A stretch of 64,000 nucleotides of DNA from Felis catus (taxonomy: Eukaryota), in NCBI RefSeq assembly GCF_018350175.1, contig NC_058368.1:45510001-45574000 (forward strand), written 5' to 3'. This document shows positions 23,247 to 34,829 of this stretch, one piece after another. The notes under the pieces were generated by a model. It searched no databases, was not told the DNA's origin, and was given only the letters and a program-made list of their open reading frames with translations. Every line of letters begins with the position of its first letter. The stretch's first letter is position 1. The translations under genes and the position numbers were made by a program.

Positions 23247-23423
23247 GGGGCCTCTGGGTGGCTCAGTTGGTTGAGCGTCGAACTTCAGTTCAGGTCTTGA
23301 TCTCGCAGCTCATGAGAAGTGGGCTTGCTCCTGTCAGCACAGAGCCTGCTTCAGATCCTCTGTCCCCACCCCCGCCACTCCCTTGTTTATGCTCTCTCAA
23401 AAAATAAATAAAATATTAAAAAC
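23247..23423 (+). mobile_element. CanSINE, short or internally deleted
   Basis: Perfect 21-bp TSD AAGAGTCTGTTAGTCAATGGA at 23226-23246 and 23424-23444. Confidence 0.95.
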
Positions 23424-23559
23424 AAGAGTCTGTTAGTCAATGGAAATAAAGAAATGTCCTTATGGGGGGGTATGTTACTGAAATTAAAAGTTCCAGTTTA
23501 GACATTTATACAATTTGAATATAGCAATAGTTAAATATTAACTGCCATCACTTCTCTCT

Positions 23560-23781
23560 TTTTAATTTTTATTTTAAGAGAGAGAGAGAGAGAGACAGTG
23601 AGAGAAAGAGAGAGAGAGAGATGCACAAGTGGGGGAGAGGCAGAGAGGGAGAGTCGGAGAATCCTAAGCAGACTCTACACTCAGAGCCTGATGCAGGGCT
23701 TGAACTCATGAACCATGAGATCATGACCTGAACCAAAGTCAAGAGTTGGATGCTTAACTGACTGAGCCACTCAGAAGCCCC
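23560..23781 (-). mobile_element. CanSINE
   Basis: (GA)n tract and SINE head on the minus strand. TSD core TTAACTGCCAT on both sides. Confidence 0.93.
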
Positions 23782-24609
23782 TTAACTGCCATAATTTCAA
23801 GTAAGACCATGTCTGGCTAAGAATTTAAAATTGAAACCAGTCTTTTGCAATACATTTCCATGCAGTAATTTCTGAAATACATGTTAAAAAAAACACATAT
23901 GAATTTTGTTACTTTTTTTAAAAAATTATTCCTCGCCATTAATTAAAAATCAATTTATGTTCGAGCACTTAAAACAATCTCTTTTCAATCCTAAGAAATA
24001 TATAATGTATATTCTATTTTGTTTTATTTACCTATTTTCATACATGGGTACCTGTCTATCTTAAGATATTGATCTCAAAAGGTTCATGAAATGTATATTT
24101 CTATTTTTCAAAATTAAAACAAAATAAATGGTATTAATTCCCCCTACCTACCCAGTGCTAATTTCCAAAACACCCAACTATTGATAAGGTACCAGGTGTA
24201 CAATAAACAGCACACACGTCTACCCCCACCTGGTCATGGTTGCTTTGGAACCTGCAGCTGCCTATTAGTCCATACCTGCTAAGAAAAAAAGTCTCTCCCA
24301 AGAAGTAGACAAAGACGGATATGGGTTCCTATACAACTTTATTTGCGAATAACCTTTTCTATAAACCTTAGAGAAGAACAACTATGTGTTTCTAAATACT
24401 CTCTTTAGAATCTGAGAGTAAAAGCTTTCTTCATTAACTAGACATGAGCATATTCTTCCCTTTTGTCCATATATTTGATTTTTGCTAAAAAGTGCTTCCT
24501 CACTTTTAGGGCTGCCAGTCTCTCTTTTAGTGTCATAGCCCTGGGCCGGTTTATCTTTTCTGCAACTTAATGTAAGAACCCATAGGTTAATATTGGGAAA
24601 ATTAGAAGT

Positions 24610-24815
24610 GATTTGACCAGGTTCTGCTTTAATCCTCACAAAATTCTTCTTAGGTAGATGTAATTGTTGCCCTCCCCCTTACAGATGAAGAAACCAGAGT
24701 GCAAAAATAATTCAGGAATCTCTCCAAGGGTACCTATTTAATAAAGGGGGGGGGGGAGATCTTAATAAAGATATGTTTGGCTGATGCTCACACTTTTTAA
24801 CCACTAGGATATAGA
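24610..24815 (-). mobile_element. MIR relic
   Basis: TTTAATCCTCACAAAA...CCCCTTACAGATGAAGAAACCAGAG...CTTTTTAACCACTAG. Confidence 0.7.
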
Positions 24816-25458
24816 GTGTCAATTTTAAGCTGTTTTTCAAAGAAACCTCATCTACAATAGACTAATACTAATCTGTATGTGAATAATACTAATTAGTTGT
24901 GTGCAACTAATCAATGTTGCCTTAAATTCCATGGTCCTAAGCAATCTTGTATATGTAAATTCACATTCTCAATGAGAGTAAGATGGAAAAAGTAGGAATG
25001 AAAATTTTAAGCCTCATTTTGCAAAGAATAAAATAATTATTTTATTTAGTTATTGTTGACAATAACTGGCAGGACAAAAGCGTAATTTCAGGGTTCTCTA
25101 TGTAAGTGTTTGAACAGTTTTCTAGAGCAATGTCTAGCTCAAAATATTGTCAGGCTCAATTTCTGTGGTTTTCTGAAAGTTGGCTGGAGCTCCAGAGTAT
25201 AAGTAAAAAAGAAAAGTATAAGAAAAAAATTAAAGTGCTACCCTCTTCTTACAATATGGAGAGGACTTCCATTATAAAACTGTTAAGCATTAAATGGTAA
25301 ATAATGATCAGGTTTATGCCGCATGGTAAGATATTTAATGGGGAGATATTGTTATGCTTAGGTAACTGTCAAGGTTTTTGATTTCATTGTAACACTTTAT
25401 ACAAATCTTTTTGAAATATTTTTGGAGGAATTAATTATGGAACCATATTTATACTCTA

Positions 25459-25661
25459 TTTTTTTTAAGTTTGTTTATTTTGAAAGAGAGAGCGCAGCAG
25501 CAGCAGCATGAGCGGAGAGTGGCAGAGAGAGAGAATCCCTAGGAGGTTCTGCACCCTCAGCACATGGAGCCCATAGGGCTCCATCTAGTGAACCATGAGA
25601 TCCTGACCTGAGCTGAAATCAAGAGTCAGAAGCTTATACAACCAAGGCACCCAGGTGCCCC
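25459..25661 (-). mobile_element. CanSINE (older)
   Basis: GAGATCCTGACCTGAGCTGAAATCAAGAGTCAG...CACCCAGGTGCCCC. Confidence 0.92.
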
Positions 25662-25929
25662 TGTATTCTAATTTTAATATTAAACTCAAATTCCGACGCA
25701 CACTCCCAGTGTTATTTTATTGGTCTAGTACAATTTCAGCAGTGTTTCATTTGCCTCATACTTATGGTTAAAGATGATCTTCATATTTTATATTTGGTAC
25801 ATTTTCAAAACTTACATAGTTAGATTTAGTTCATTTTAAGTCAAATATAATCTTTCTTCATAAAATGTAAGGAATCTATTCTGCAATTTAATTCAAAGTA
25901 CATTAATGGAGAGTATTCACTCTTTAAAA

Positions 25930-26154
25930 ATTTTTACATGTTTTTATTTATTCATTTTGAGAGAGAGAGACAGAGAGAGAGAGAGAGTGCGCACAAGCAG
26001 GGGAGGGGCAGAGAGAGGGAGAGGAAAATCCCAAGAAGGCTCTGCGCTGCCAGCACAGAGCCTGATGCAGGGCTCAGTGTCACAAACCGCGAGATCATGA
26101 TCTGAGCAGAAACCTAGAATCGGATGCTTAACAACCAAGCCACCTAGATGCCCC
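25930..26154 (-). mobile_element. CanSINE
   Basis: SINE body on the minus strand. TSD core GAGAGTATT on both sides. Confidence 0.93.
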
Positions 26155-28688
26155 GAGAGTATTAATTTTTTTGAGAGAGTGTCCCAAACAAGGCTAGGAC
26201 CCAAAGGGGGAAAAATCAGTTCTTATTTTTGATAAAGGAAGACAAGGTTTGTTATATAATAATTGCAAGAAGGTGTTTCCTATGTTTTGTTTTTGAGATG
26301 TAGGTGAAATAAAATCATGCTAATAAGAAAAATGCAAACAGGTTCTGAGAGAAAGAAGGTAGCTTAATTTGAGTAGTCTATAAAGGAAGTTTGTGATAGC
26401 AAGTTGGAAGGATATTCATATCAAAACAAGGCTGAGACTTTGCTTAGTTTCAGAGGTAATTATTAGTCTTCAACGATACTAAAAACTATAAAAATCACAG
26501 AAACTTTCCATTCATCTTGCAAAACTTCTTAGCTTCCTGCTCTATATAACTATTACCGGTTGTATAAAAGCCATAGTGAAATCTGTGTCAAGCACTTATA
26601 TCTCTGTTCTTGAGGACCCACATTCAGTGTCTGTATAAGCTTCTACAGCAAACTCAAAGCAGAACTGCCATATTAATGGGCACTTATGAGAAAATGAAAC
26701 ACAAAAGTATTCTAGAACATATTTAAGGTGTTATGGATCATTTCTGATTGATGAGCTTCCTAGAAAACAAACTCTTTGAAACAGGTAACAGGATATCTGT
26801 TACATGTTTTCCTTTCCCCATTCCACTCTAAATATGGTTTTCTTAAAAGTACAGAAACAAGTTTTCTTCCCATAATCTCAGACATGTTTTTTTAAGAAAC
26901 AGTATATTTGCTCTCACCCAAATCAAGCACATCTTTGTGTTTGCTAAGTGCATTTGCACTGATACATACTCTGCACTGGTATTAATATTACATATTCCAG
27001 AAGACTCAACTGTAATCTCCATAATGATCACTATTTAGCTACATTTCACTTAGGATTTATTCCTTTCTTATGGAATTATGTGATGAAATAAGTTCAATTT
27101 AAAAATGCATATTATTTTTTTTATTACAAGTGTTTATTCAAATTCTAGTTTCATTAAACTAGATATATGGTAAAATTGATTTCAGAGGGAAGCTTTTTCA
27201 TCAGATTTATTTCATGGCATGAGTGAGAACTACAGACATAAAAATTGCCCCAATCTCAGCCCCAGGTTGGAATCTTGTCACCTTTCCCTGCCTTGTTTAT
27301 GGTAAGATTTTTATTTGCTTAAGGTCAACACCTCCATACTTACAGGTGCTCATAACTAGCAGACCATATAAAGCAGGTCAGAGAATGAAAAACCTTGCCC
27401 CCTTAGCAGCTGGAATATCCAAGTTCCTTTGTGAATGCTTGGGCTTCCAGGATTTTGAACCCTTCTTAAATTCCTAGAGGCCATGTTTTTTCTATGCTAT
27501 GATGATTTCCTTGGACTTATCCTGTGTCCCAGAAAACTTCCCCTATCTGTAGATGGACACTTGTATTGTCACATGACTTACTTTTTACGAGTGACATTTT
27601 CTACCTTTTTACCTCAACTTGAACTGACATTCCCTGATAACTTTATGCAAATCAAATTAGGTTAAGGCAAAACTAAAGGAAATCATAAAGAATATCAAAC
27701 ACAAGAAGCATTCAGAAGTCCATGTGGAATTGGAATGCTAATCTTGTGAAGGTACACACAGATTTGTAGACTACATGTATTCATGTGTATGAGCCAAGAG
27801 GGTTTTTTTGTTTATTAATTTTGCTTTAGCATTAATTGTCATAATTATCTCTTTTAATAAGACTGATAGCCTCATGAAGTCACTAGTCAATATTTAATCA
27901 CCAAGGCAGCAAAGCGTCATTCAGTTCTTGGGCCTGGGCCACAGGTTATATCTGAAGGTGGCTTCAGGTATAACACATAGAACTCTATGTGTCACATAAT
28001 CCCAAAATAATTCCATAAATTTTAGGTGAGATGTAGTTGAAGAAACCATATATCACTAACTGGATTTAGTCTTAAAGACCTACACACAAGCATAGCACAT
28101 TCCTAGATTTTGATTTGTAACTCAAAGTGGATAAAAATTTCAGAAGAGTTCAATATAGATACCATTAATTATCATGCTTTTAATTAGGCAAGAAATTTTT
28201 CACTTTAAAGTTGTCATTAAGCAATCATTTTTACTGTATATCTTTCCAAATACTATAGTACTTAGTGTCATGGTTAGTATTGCCTTGAAAGATATATGGT
28301 TGCCAGTACAAATTCTTCTAAGAATCATAGACTCTATTTTTTTGAACTTCAGGTTAAAAATCTGGGTCCACTACATAAAATACGGGTCTCTAAATTTATT
28401 TTCAAAAACTATTATTTTATTTAATATGTTTTATGCTTACATAGTACCGATTATGTCTACTGAAGGTTTTGCAGGTAACACTTGCAGGAAAAAAAAATTG
28501 AAGATATTGTATATATTAACCAAACTGTAATTTTTCTATTTTTGATAAGATATTTATGTTTTTATCTTGGTTCTGCTTTTCTGTATTTAGCTTTAGCATG
28601 CCAGCTACACTCACAACGTGTATCACTTATGTATGATAGAATGATATTCTGTGACCGCCATATTTTGCTATCTTAAAAGTGTTATTTG

Positions 28689-29978
28689 CAACCTCTTTGA
28701 CTTTGGCCGCAGCAACTTCTTACTCAACACATCTCCAGACGCAAGGGAAACAAAAGCAAAAATGAACTACTGGGACCTCATCAAAATAAAAAGCTTCTGC
28801 CAGTGAAGGAAACTATCAGCAAAACTAAAAGGCAACCAAAGAAATGGGAGAAGATATTTGCAAACAACATATCAGATAAAGGGTTAGTATCCAAAATCTA
28901 TAAAAAAAACTTATCAAACTCAATACCCAAAAACAAATAATCCAGTGAAGAAATGGGCAAAAGACATGAATAGACACTACTCCAAAGAAGACATTCAGAT
29001 GGCCAACCAACACATAAAAAAATGCTCAACATCACTCATCATCAGGGAAATGCAAATCAAACCCACAATGAGATATCACCTCACACCTGTCAGAATGGCT
29101 AACATTAACAACTCAGGAAACAACAGATGTTGGCAAGGATGCGGAGAAAGAGGATCTCTTTTGCACTGCTGGTGGGAATGCAAACTGGTGCAGCCACTCT
29201 GGAAAACTGTACCAACTTTCCTCAAAAATTAAAAATAGAACTACCATCCAACCCAGCAATTTTACTACTAGGTATTTATTCAAGTGATACAGGTATGCTG
29301 TTTTGAAGGGGCACATGCAACCCAATGTTTATATAGCAGCACTATCAACAATAGCCAAAGTATGGAAAGATCCCAAATGTCCATCGATGGATGAATGGAA
29401 AAGAAGATGTGATATACATACACACACACACACACACACACACCTATATATACATATATATGTGTGTGTATACATATATATATGTAAATATATACATATA
29501 TATTGTACATACATATATACATACGTATATGTATGTATACATATATATGTGTGTGTGTGTATATATATATATGCATATACACACATGTACATACACACGC
29601 AGACACACACAATGGAGTATTACTTGGCAATCAAAAAGAATGAAATCTTGCCATTTGCAACTATGTGGATGGAATTAGAGCGTATTATGCTAAGCAAAAT
29701 TAGAGAAAGAAAAGTATCATATGACTTCACTCATATGAGGACTTTAAGATACAAAGCAGATGAACATAAGGGAAGGGAAGTAAAGATAATAAAAACACAG
29801 GGAGGGGGACAAAACAGAAGAGACTCTTAAATATGGAGAACCAACAGAGAGTGACTGGAGGGGTTATGGAAGAGGGATGGGCTGACTGGGCAAGGGGCAT
29901 TAAGGAATATACTCCTGAAATCATTGTTGCACTATATGCTAACTAGCTTGGATGTAAATTTAAAAAATAAATTTAAAA
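28689..29978 (+). mobile_element. 5'-truncated felid/carnivore L1 (older subfamily, different 3' UTR)
   Basis: ORF2 peptide 28945..29232 ([19 protein letters not shown]...[16 protein letters not shown]) with frameshifts. Imperfect TSD AAAAGTGTTATTTGCA (28675-28690) / AAAAGGGCTATTTGCA (29977-29992). Confidence 0.95.
29412..29611. repeat. ~200-bp mixed (CA)/(TA)/(TG) microsatellite inside L1 ORF2
   Basis: Read directly between ...AAGATGTG and ATGGAGTATTAC. Confidence 0.95.
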
Positions 29979-31877
29979 AAGGGCTATTTGCATTTTACAA
30001 CAGGTGTCATTCAATCATGGTTTTCAATTCTAAGAAAACTAAAGCAAATTATTAAGTCTTCAGAGATTTTTATCCTCATCTGAAAAAATTACCAGAAAAT
30101 ATTTATCTTCCTTATTTTTAAGAACATTTAAACAATTATACTCTATATAAATGAACTTATTATTATACCTGGAAATTGTTGAGACTTAAATGTTACCATC
30201 CTTTCCTCTTTGAGATTTAATAATTCATTGCCATTCCTACATGTGCTTCTAGTATTTCTAGGCTTATGTCTTTGATCAAGAACTTTATTATGGAAAATTA
30301 ATCAATGATTTTATGTTACTTCAGATGTTTTTTTTTTCCTATGCTTCCAATCTATACTACTTAGAAGTATAATCTGGATAAGTATCAACAAGTTGACAGA
30401 CAACACTCAGGGAGAAAAATCCACCCAACTCTGTAATATAAAATATAATTCATTTATAACACAAACAATATACTCTATAGTAAAACTCATTTCAGGCATT
30501 ACTAACTTTTTGTGCTTTGCTTTCTGCATGGCCAAGGAGAGGATAATGTGAGTGAGAAATAAAGTAGATAGTCAACATTCTTTTAAAAATGAGGCGTATT
30601 TATTTATATCAAATTATCCTTACTTGAATCCATATGTAAATACTTTTTATTCTGCCTCTGAATTAAATAATTTATATATATATATATTATGTATGTGTAT
30701 ATATAATATTTTCAATAGTACATGGACTACTTACATAACTGGCATCATTTTATATTTTTAGTATTTTGTATGGAAATACAAAGGTTTATAAGAATTTGAG
30801 AAGATCAGTTTTAAGGGTCCCCTTGAAAAATAAAACAACCTACTATAAAAAAAAAGATGATTTAAATGACTTCCTAGAAAACTCGCCAGAATTTTTTTCT
30901 GTTGACATTGTCTCAAAATACCCTTACAAATATAAAAGTTTTCCATGCTTATGAGAGAACAATGTGTTTGCTTAGATTGCTCTATTGCAAGCACAAGACA
31001 TGTTTCCCAAACCATGTATTGAGTACACTGTCAGTTAGCAAGATTTGTAGAGAGGCCATGTTCACATAAACAGTTCTGTTCAGGTAAATGATCATTACAT
31101 CCAGTGTCCATATCATATATGTTCACACAAGTTAGAAACAGTCTCAGGAGAACCCACTTAAATAGTGGCATGCGAATTCTGTGGTTACTCCTACATACAT
31201 ATTCTTTTACTCTGAGTATTGACTCTGAATGAGAATTCTTACATTTCATATCTTTATACCAATATTATTTTTCCTGTATCAGTGGCGGTAAACTAATGCC
31301 TTCAGACGGGAAGTGAAAAAGTAGTAAGATAACAGGGGTAGCTATAATATTGACATTTGAAGTAGACAAACGCATGGACAATTACAACAACAAATATAGA
31401 CTCATTGCATCTACCTCCTCTAATTAATTAAGATGAAAAATATATTACCGTGAAAATATAAATGTTGATTTTAGAAATGCTTTCTCTTCATTTTGTAAAT
31501 ATAAAAATCAACATGGAGGCTTAAAAATGGAGAAGAAAACACTCCTCAAATGTAACTACTCTAATATTTTTAAACCTATTTTTCCTATATTAATTTGTAA
31601 GGTAGGTGTTATGTTAAGTACATTTATACTTTCCTATGTACATTTAATGTTATGTCAGGAGTCTTTATTCATGTAATGGCATTCATCCTGATGGTGCATG
31701 ATATCCCATCCAAAGAATAATTAGATAAACTATTTATTTTGGCAGACGTAGTATTTTCTCTCTTGTCCTAATATTTATTCATCAGTAACAATCATGCCAG
31801 GCACCACACTAAGAGTGTCTATGCTTTAACTTACAGAAGAATTATTTTCAATAACTCCTAATATTTAAAAATATTGT

Positions 31878-31976
31878 GGTGGTGCTTGGCTGTCTCAGTC
31901 TGTGGAGCACGTGACTCTTGATCTTGGGTTTCTGAGTTCAAACTCAATGTTGGGCACAGAGTTTACTTTAAAAAAA
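31878..31976 (+). mobile_element. Short old tRNA-derived carnivore SINE (no CT tract)
   Basis: GGTGCTTGGCTGTCTCAGTCTGTGGAGCACGTGACTCTTGATCTTGGG...GAGTTTACTTTAAAA. Confidence 0.85.
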
Positions 31977-32479
31977 TGTAACAAAGACAACATTGTGCTC
32001 ACATTATATTTTGTCTATTATAAGATTGAAGTACCAGAAGCAGAATTACCAGGCTGAAAGTTATAAATGTATCTTCACTTTGATTATATATTGTGCATAT
32101 AACGTACAAAACATTGGTCCCAAGTTCAACATACCAAACAGGTGGTACCACCTTGTAATGTTACCTGCTTTACATCAAAGTACTCCTTTCAGCATTGCTG
32201 CTTTGTAATTCAATTGTTCACAGCAAGGTAAAAAGCAAAGCTATATAAATATATGGACAATTCACATATATTTTCAATTAAAACACCTAGGTGACTGAAG
32301 GACATATATTTTACTAGAATTGTTGTAAACAAGTTAATTTTTTTGTCTTTGCTTCCTTTTGTTCAGAGACTGTGCACAGAGTATCATCATAGCAAACATT
32401 GTGAATTATGCAGGAAACCCAAATAAAGTAATAAAGTAATAATGATTGACCAATAATGTCTCTCTCACATTGGATCTCC

Positions 32480-32645
32480 TAAATGCATTATTTCAATTTC
32501 ACCGTAGCCATTTCAGTATGTGCATTTTTTCTGATAAAGAAACTTGGAGTAAAAAATTAATAATACGCCAAATATTACAAAGCTAGTAAATGGAGCGTCT
32601 AGAATCCAAGCCCAGAAACAGAATTCCATACCTGTTACACTATGA
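32480..32645 (-). mobile_element. MIR relic
   Basis: CATTTTTTCTGATAAAGAAACTTGGAG...AGCTAGTAAATGGAGCGTCTAGAATCCAAGCCCAG. Confidence 0.6.
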
Positions 32646-34776
32646 TGAAATTTAAACTATAGGAGAGTAAGTGAAAAATTAATGTAACTTTAATTTTTAA
32701 TACATTTGCCAAGTCTACATGATTTTGGTACACGGTTATATCAAATAGGCTTTATAAAGATTTTCTTTTTAGTTTTTAAATGTAGTATAAATATATAATT
32801 ATGAATATTTATAAGCTTTACATTTGCATAGCAACATCATTATTTATATGTTCTTACATTTTGTCTAAATTAAGAGAAAAATGTTTTGGGAGTAATATTG
32901 GGGGGGGGATAGTTTTCTATTTTCATCATGAAACAGTAACATTTCTGTGTAGCAAACTGTCCAGCAGACTGTTGTTTGTGTATTTATTTGTTGTTTCAGA
33001 TTCTGTTTCCTTTGAATTTCTGCTCTAATAGATTGAAAATATAAACCAGAAGCCCTTTTCAAAACTATATACTGACATACAAGTTTTCTTTCACTTTGCA
33101 AAATGTTGCAACTAACCTAAAAAAAAAAAAGAAAAGAAAAAACAGATATTTAAACAGAATTCTATTTTTTGCGAGTGCTTGATAAGAATGTGGTTTTCAA
33201 CTACCTTGTGAAATTTTAATACGGTTAGGAAGAGTTTTTTTTTTTAAAGCCACATATCATATATTTTATTCTTTCATTACTGCATAATGCAAAGACCAAA
33301 ATCCTGTTCTCTCTGCTATCAGTTAATAAAACATTTCCTGAATTATTTAACTTCCTTACACATTCAAACCATTTTTATGTTTTTATCATTTTTCTGTCAA
33401 CAGTCAAATTCCAAAGGGAAACACTATTTATGTTCATGTTTGCTTTTATTTAAAATTGTTTGATTTTAAAAGGTGTAGCATGGGCAGAACTGTGTTTGTT
33501 TGACTCTGGCTGATATATGTTATTATGGGTTGACTTTGAGTAAATTGCCATCTTGTTTGCTTAGAAAAAGAAAGATAGAGCTAATTGAATGAAAACACCA
33601 TGCAAAGGATTACAACAGTCCATTTTCTTTATTTGAAATATGTCAACACTGAAATATGAATTTGAAAGTACTATATGTAAAATATAGCAAAGATTAAAAT
33701 GGTTCTTGAAGATATCTTTTGTTTAAAATATGGTAATTTACATGCAAGAAATCACATTAATTTTCAGTGCCAAGCACATTTTTTATTTCAGAAGAAAGTC
33801 ATTGACTTAATATTCATAGAGGCATTTTTGTTGTTTTAAATGCTTACATTATCACTGCTGCCTTAGTCTGTTAATGCTGTCTTCCTATTAATCAGAAGCT
33901 TGGAGAGTATATATGCTTAGTAACTGTAAGGACATTTGATAGGAAAGTCACATTTTCCTGTAGTTTGTTAGGGAATGTGCCTTAATGTTAGAACTTCTTT
34001 TAAAATTTGATATTATCAATTTTGTTCACAGAAATTTAAACCAAGATATGTGATAAAGTGATCAAAAAGATGACTGAGCTTTTATGTATAATACTGTGAA
34101 AATAAGCCATATCTGTAATCGTCTCTATACTAACCCTCTTTTCCAATTTATATCACAAAATACCTCAATTTAAACAATATCCCACATTTTTAAAATAATT
34201 GATGTTGTAAGTCATTATCTTGTTCTTTTCAATAAAATATTTTGAGCTGCTACTGTAACTCTGTTTATAAAACGAAAAATTTTAAAACAATGAGTAACCT
34301 GCACTGCAAATCCGTCCAACTTACACAATTACATTTTCTCCCCTCAATGAGTTTTCTATATTAATGAAATTATCTAATCAAGCAGGGAAACCAGTATTTA
34401 TCTGAATTGTGTAGACCTCAAATTCAACCCAAATATTGCCTATTTTGTTTGTAGATACAGATTATGAATAAAGGTTGTCCTAGTCAAAATTTCTTCCCTG
34501 AATGATCTTTTCTCTTTATCCCCGGCTTCAGAGTCATCATGTTGTACTTTGCATCAGGTGTCTTTAGTGCTTGTCTTTTGAGGCGGGGGTGGGGGGGGGT
34601 GATTTAATTTTTTTCCTGATTTTTCTCAACCGTGAATTGATGGAAAATTCTCTTGGAATTTCTCAGTCGAATAAACTTGCCTGTGTGTTTCTAAATATTA
34701 ATACTTATAAGGGGTTGCTACATCATTCTGAGTGAGTAGCATACTGGCCCTAAACCATCTTCAGTTCTTGCACAGA

Positions 34777-34829
34777 GTCATGGTAAACTGTAAGAAGTAT
34801 TTGTCATGGTAAACTGTAAGAAGTATTTG
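34777..34829. repeat. Perfect 26-bp tandem duplication
   Basis: GTCATGGTAAACTGTAAGAAGTATTT at 34777-34802 and 34803-34828. Confidence 0.97.

Noticed and set aside
26779..26810. Small hairpin AAACAGGTAACAG-GATAT-CTGTTACATGTTT
   Set aside because: Too short for a pre-miRNA, and an imperfect 13-bp stem can occur by chance in 64 kb of AT-rich DNA.
29280..29830. Overlapping ORFs rich in Tyr/Ile/His/Val/Cys (also at 49863-50079)
   Set aside because: Stop-free frames produced by (TA)/(CA)/(TG) microsatellites.
32340..32440. Strong plus-strand acceptor (TTTTGTCTTTGCTTCCTTTTGTTCAG) as a coding exon start
   Set aside because: The frames I translated close within about 25 codons, no convincing donor follows, and the peptides are unrecognisable.
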